From Clostridia bacterium (lineage in GTDB: Bacteria; Bacillota; Clostridia; Christensenellales; Borkfalkiaceae): DNA of 50,820 nucleotides. The DNA lies in contig JAFVCP010000024.1 of NCBI GenBank assembly GCA_017479185.1, positions 1-50,820 on the forward strand. The letters run 5' to 3'. Below are positions 50,797-50,820 of this stretch, piece by piece. The translations under genes were made by a program, and so were the position numbers. The notes below the pieces were generated by a model. That model worked only from the letters and a program-made list of their open reading frames with translations. It did not search any database and had not been told where the DNA came from. Each line of letters opens with the position of its first letter. Position 1 is the first letter of the stretch.

Positions 50797-50820
50797 ATAA
50801 GCAAATCGCTCTATAACCTC

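Noticed and set aside
1-50820. CRISPR arrays, rRNA/tRNA genes, IS elements, integrases or prophage blocks
   Set aside because: I looked for regularly spaced direct repeats, T-loop motifs, transposase/integrase-like ORFs and long terminal inverted repeats, and found none. The only nuclease-like orphan is the HNH gene reported above.

Overview
The window looks like a chromosomal segment from a Firmicutes/Clostridia-like organism. Support for that: Gram-positive-style SD sites, TTGACA/TATAAT promoters, CotF-type spore-coat genes, and an AT-rich sequence whose codon choice is visibly rich in CG dinucleotides. I call about 50 protein genes, mostly on the minus strand up to ~30.4 kb. I found no rRNA, tRNA, CRISPR array or obvious transposon or prophage.

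Housekeeping blocks:
- pheS-pheT-DUF896-yitT
- rpmB divergent from asp23-yloV-recG
- a radical-SAM pair, then rng, an acyl-ACP thioesterase and an ABC transporter
- rluA-family gene, secA, comFC, galE, an ABC-F ATPase and an aminotransferase

Metal and redox genes are frequent: a DtxR-family regulator, rubredoxin plus a flavin reductase, a CDF exporter, mntP, feoAB and an HMA-domain protein.

The most interesting region is a three-gene operon at 48.08-50.70 kb: zinc-type macrodomain, DUF1848 Fe-S protein, SirTM-type sirtuin. It has the enzymes of a reversible ADP-ribosylation system but lacks the usual GcvH-L/LplA2 partners.

Other items worth a second look:
- a very compact 73-nt four-way-junction element in the long leader of the ABC-F gene
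- a structured ~120-nt element plus a hairpin upstream of mntP that I cannot match cleanly to yybP-ykoY
- a truncated THI-box-like leader in front of a ThiT gene carrying a ~200-aa extra N-terminal membrane domain
- a translationally coupled ECF sigma / membrane protein / lipoprotein-serpin operon
- an ASRT-family (sensory rhodopsin transducer-like) gene inside a creatininase/creatinase-like cluster next to an AraC regulator
- two membrane-protein genes, 3 kb apart, each interrupted by a single in-frame stop codon
- two near-consensus promoters placed so that the mRNA should be leaderless

All homology statements come from reading the translations by eye. None has been checked by a database search.
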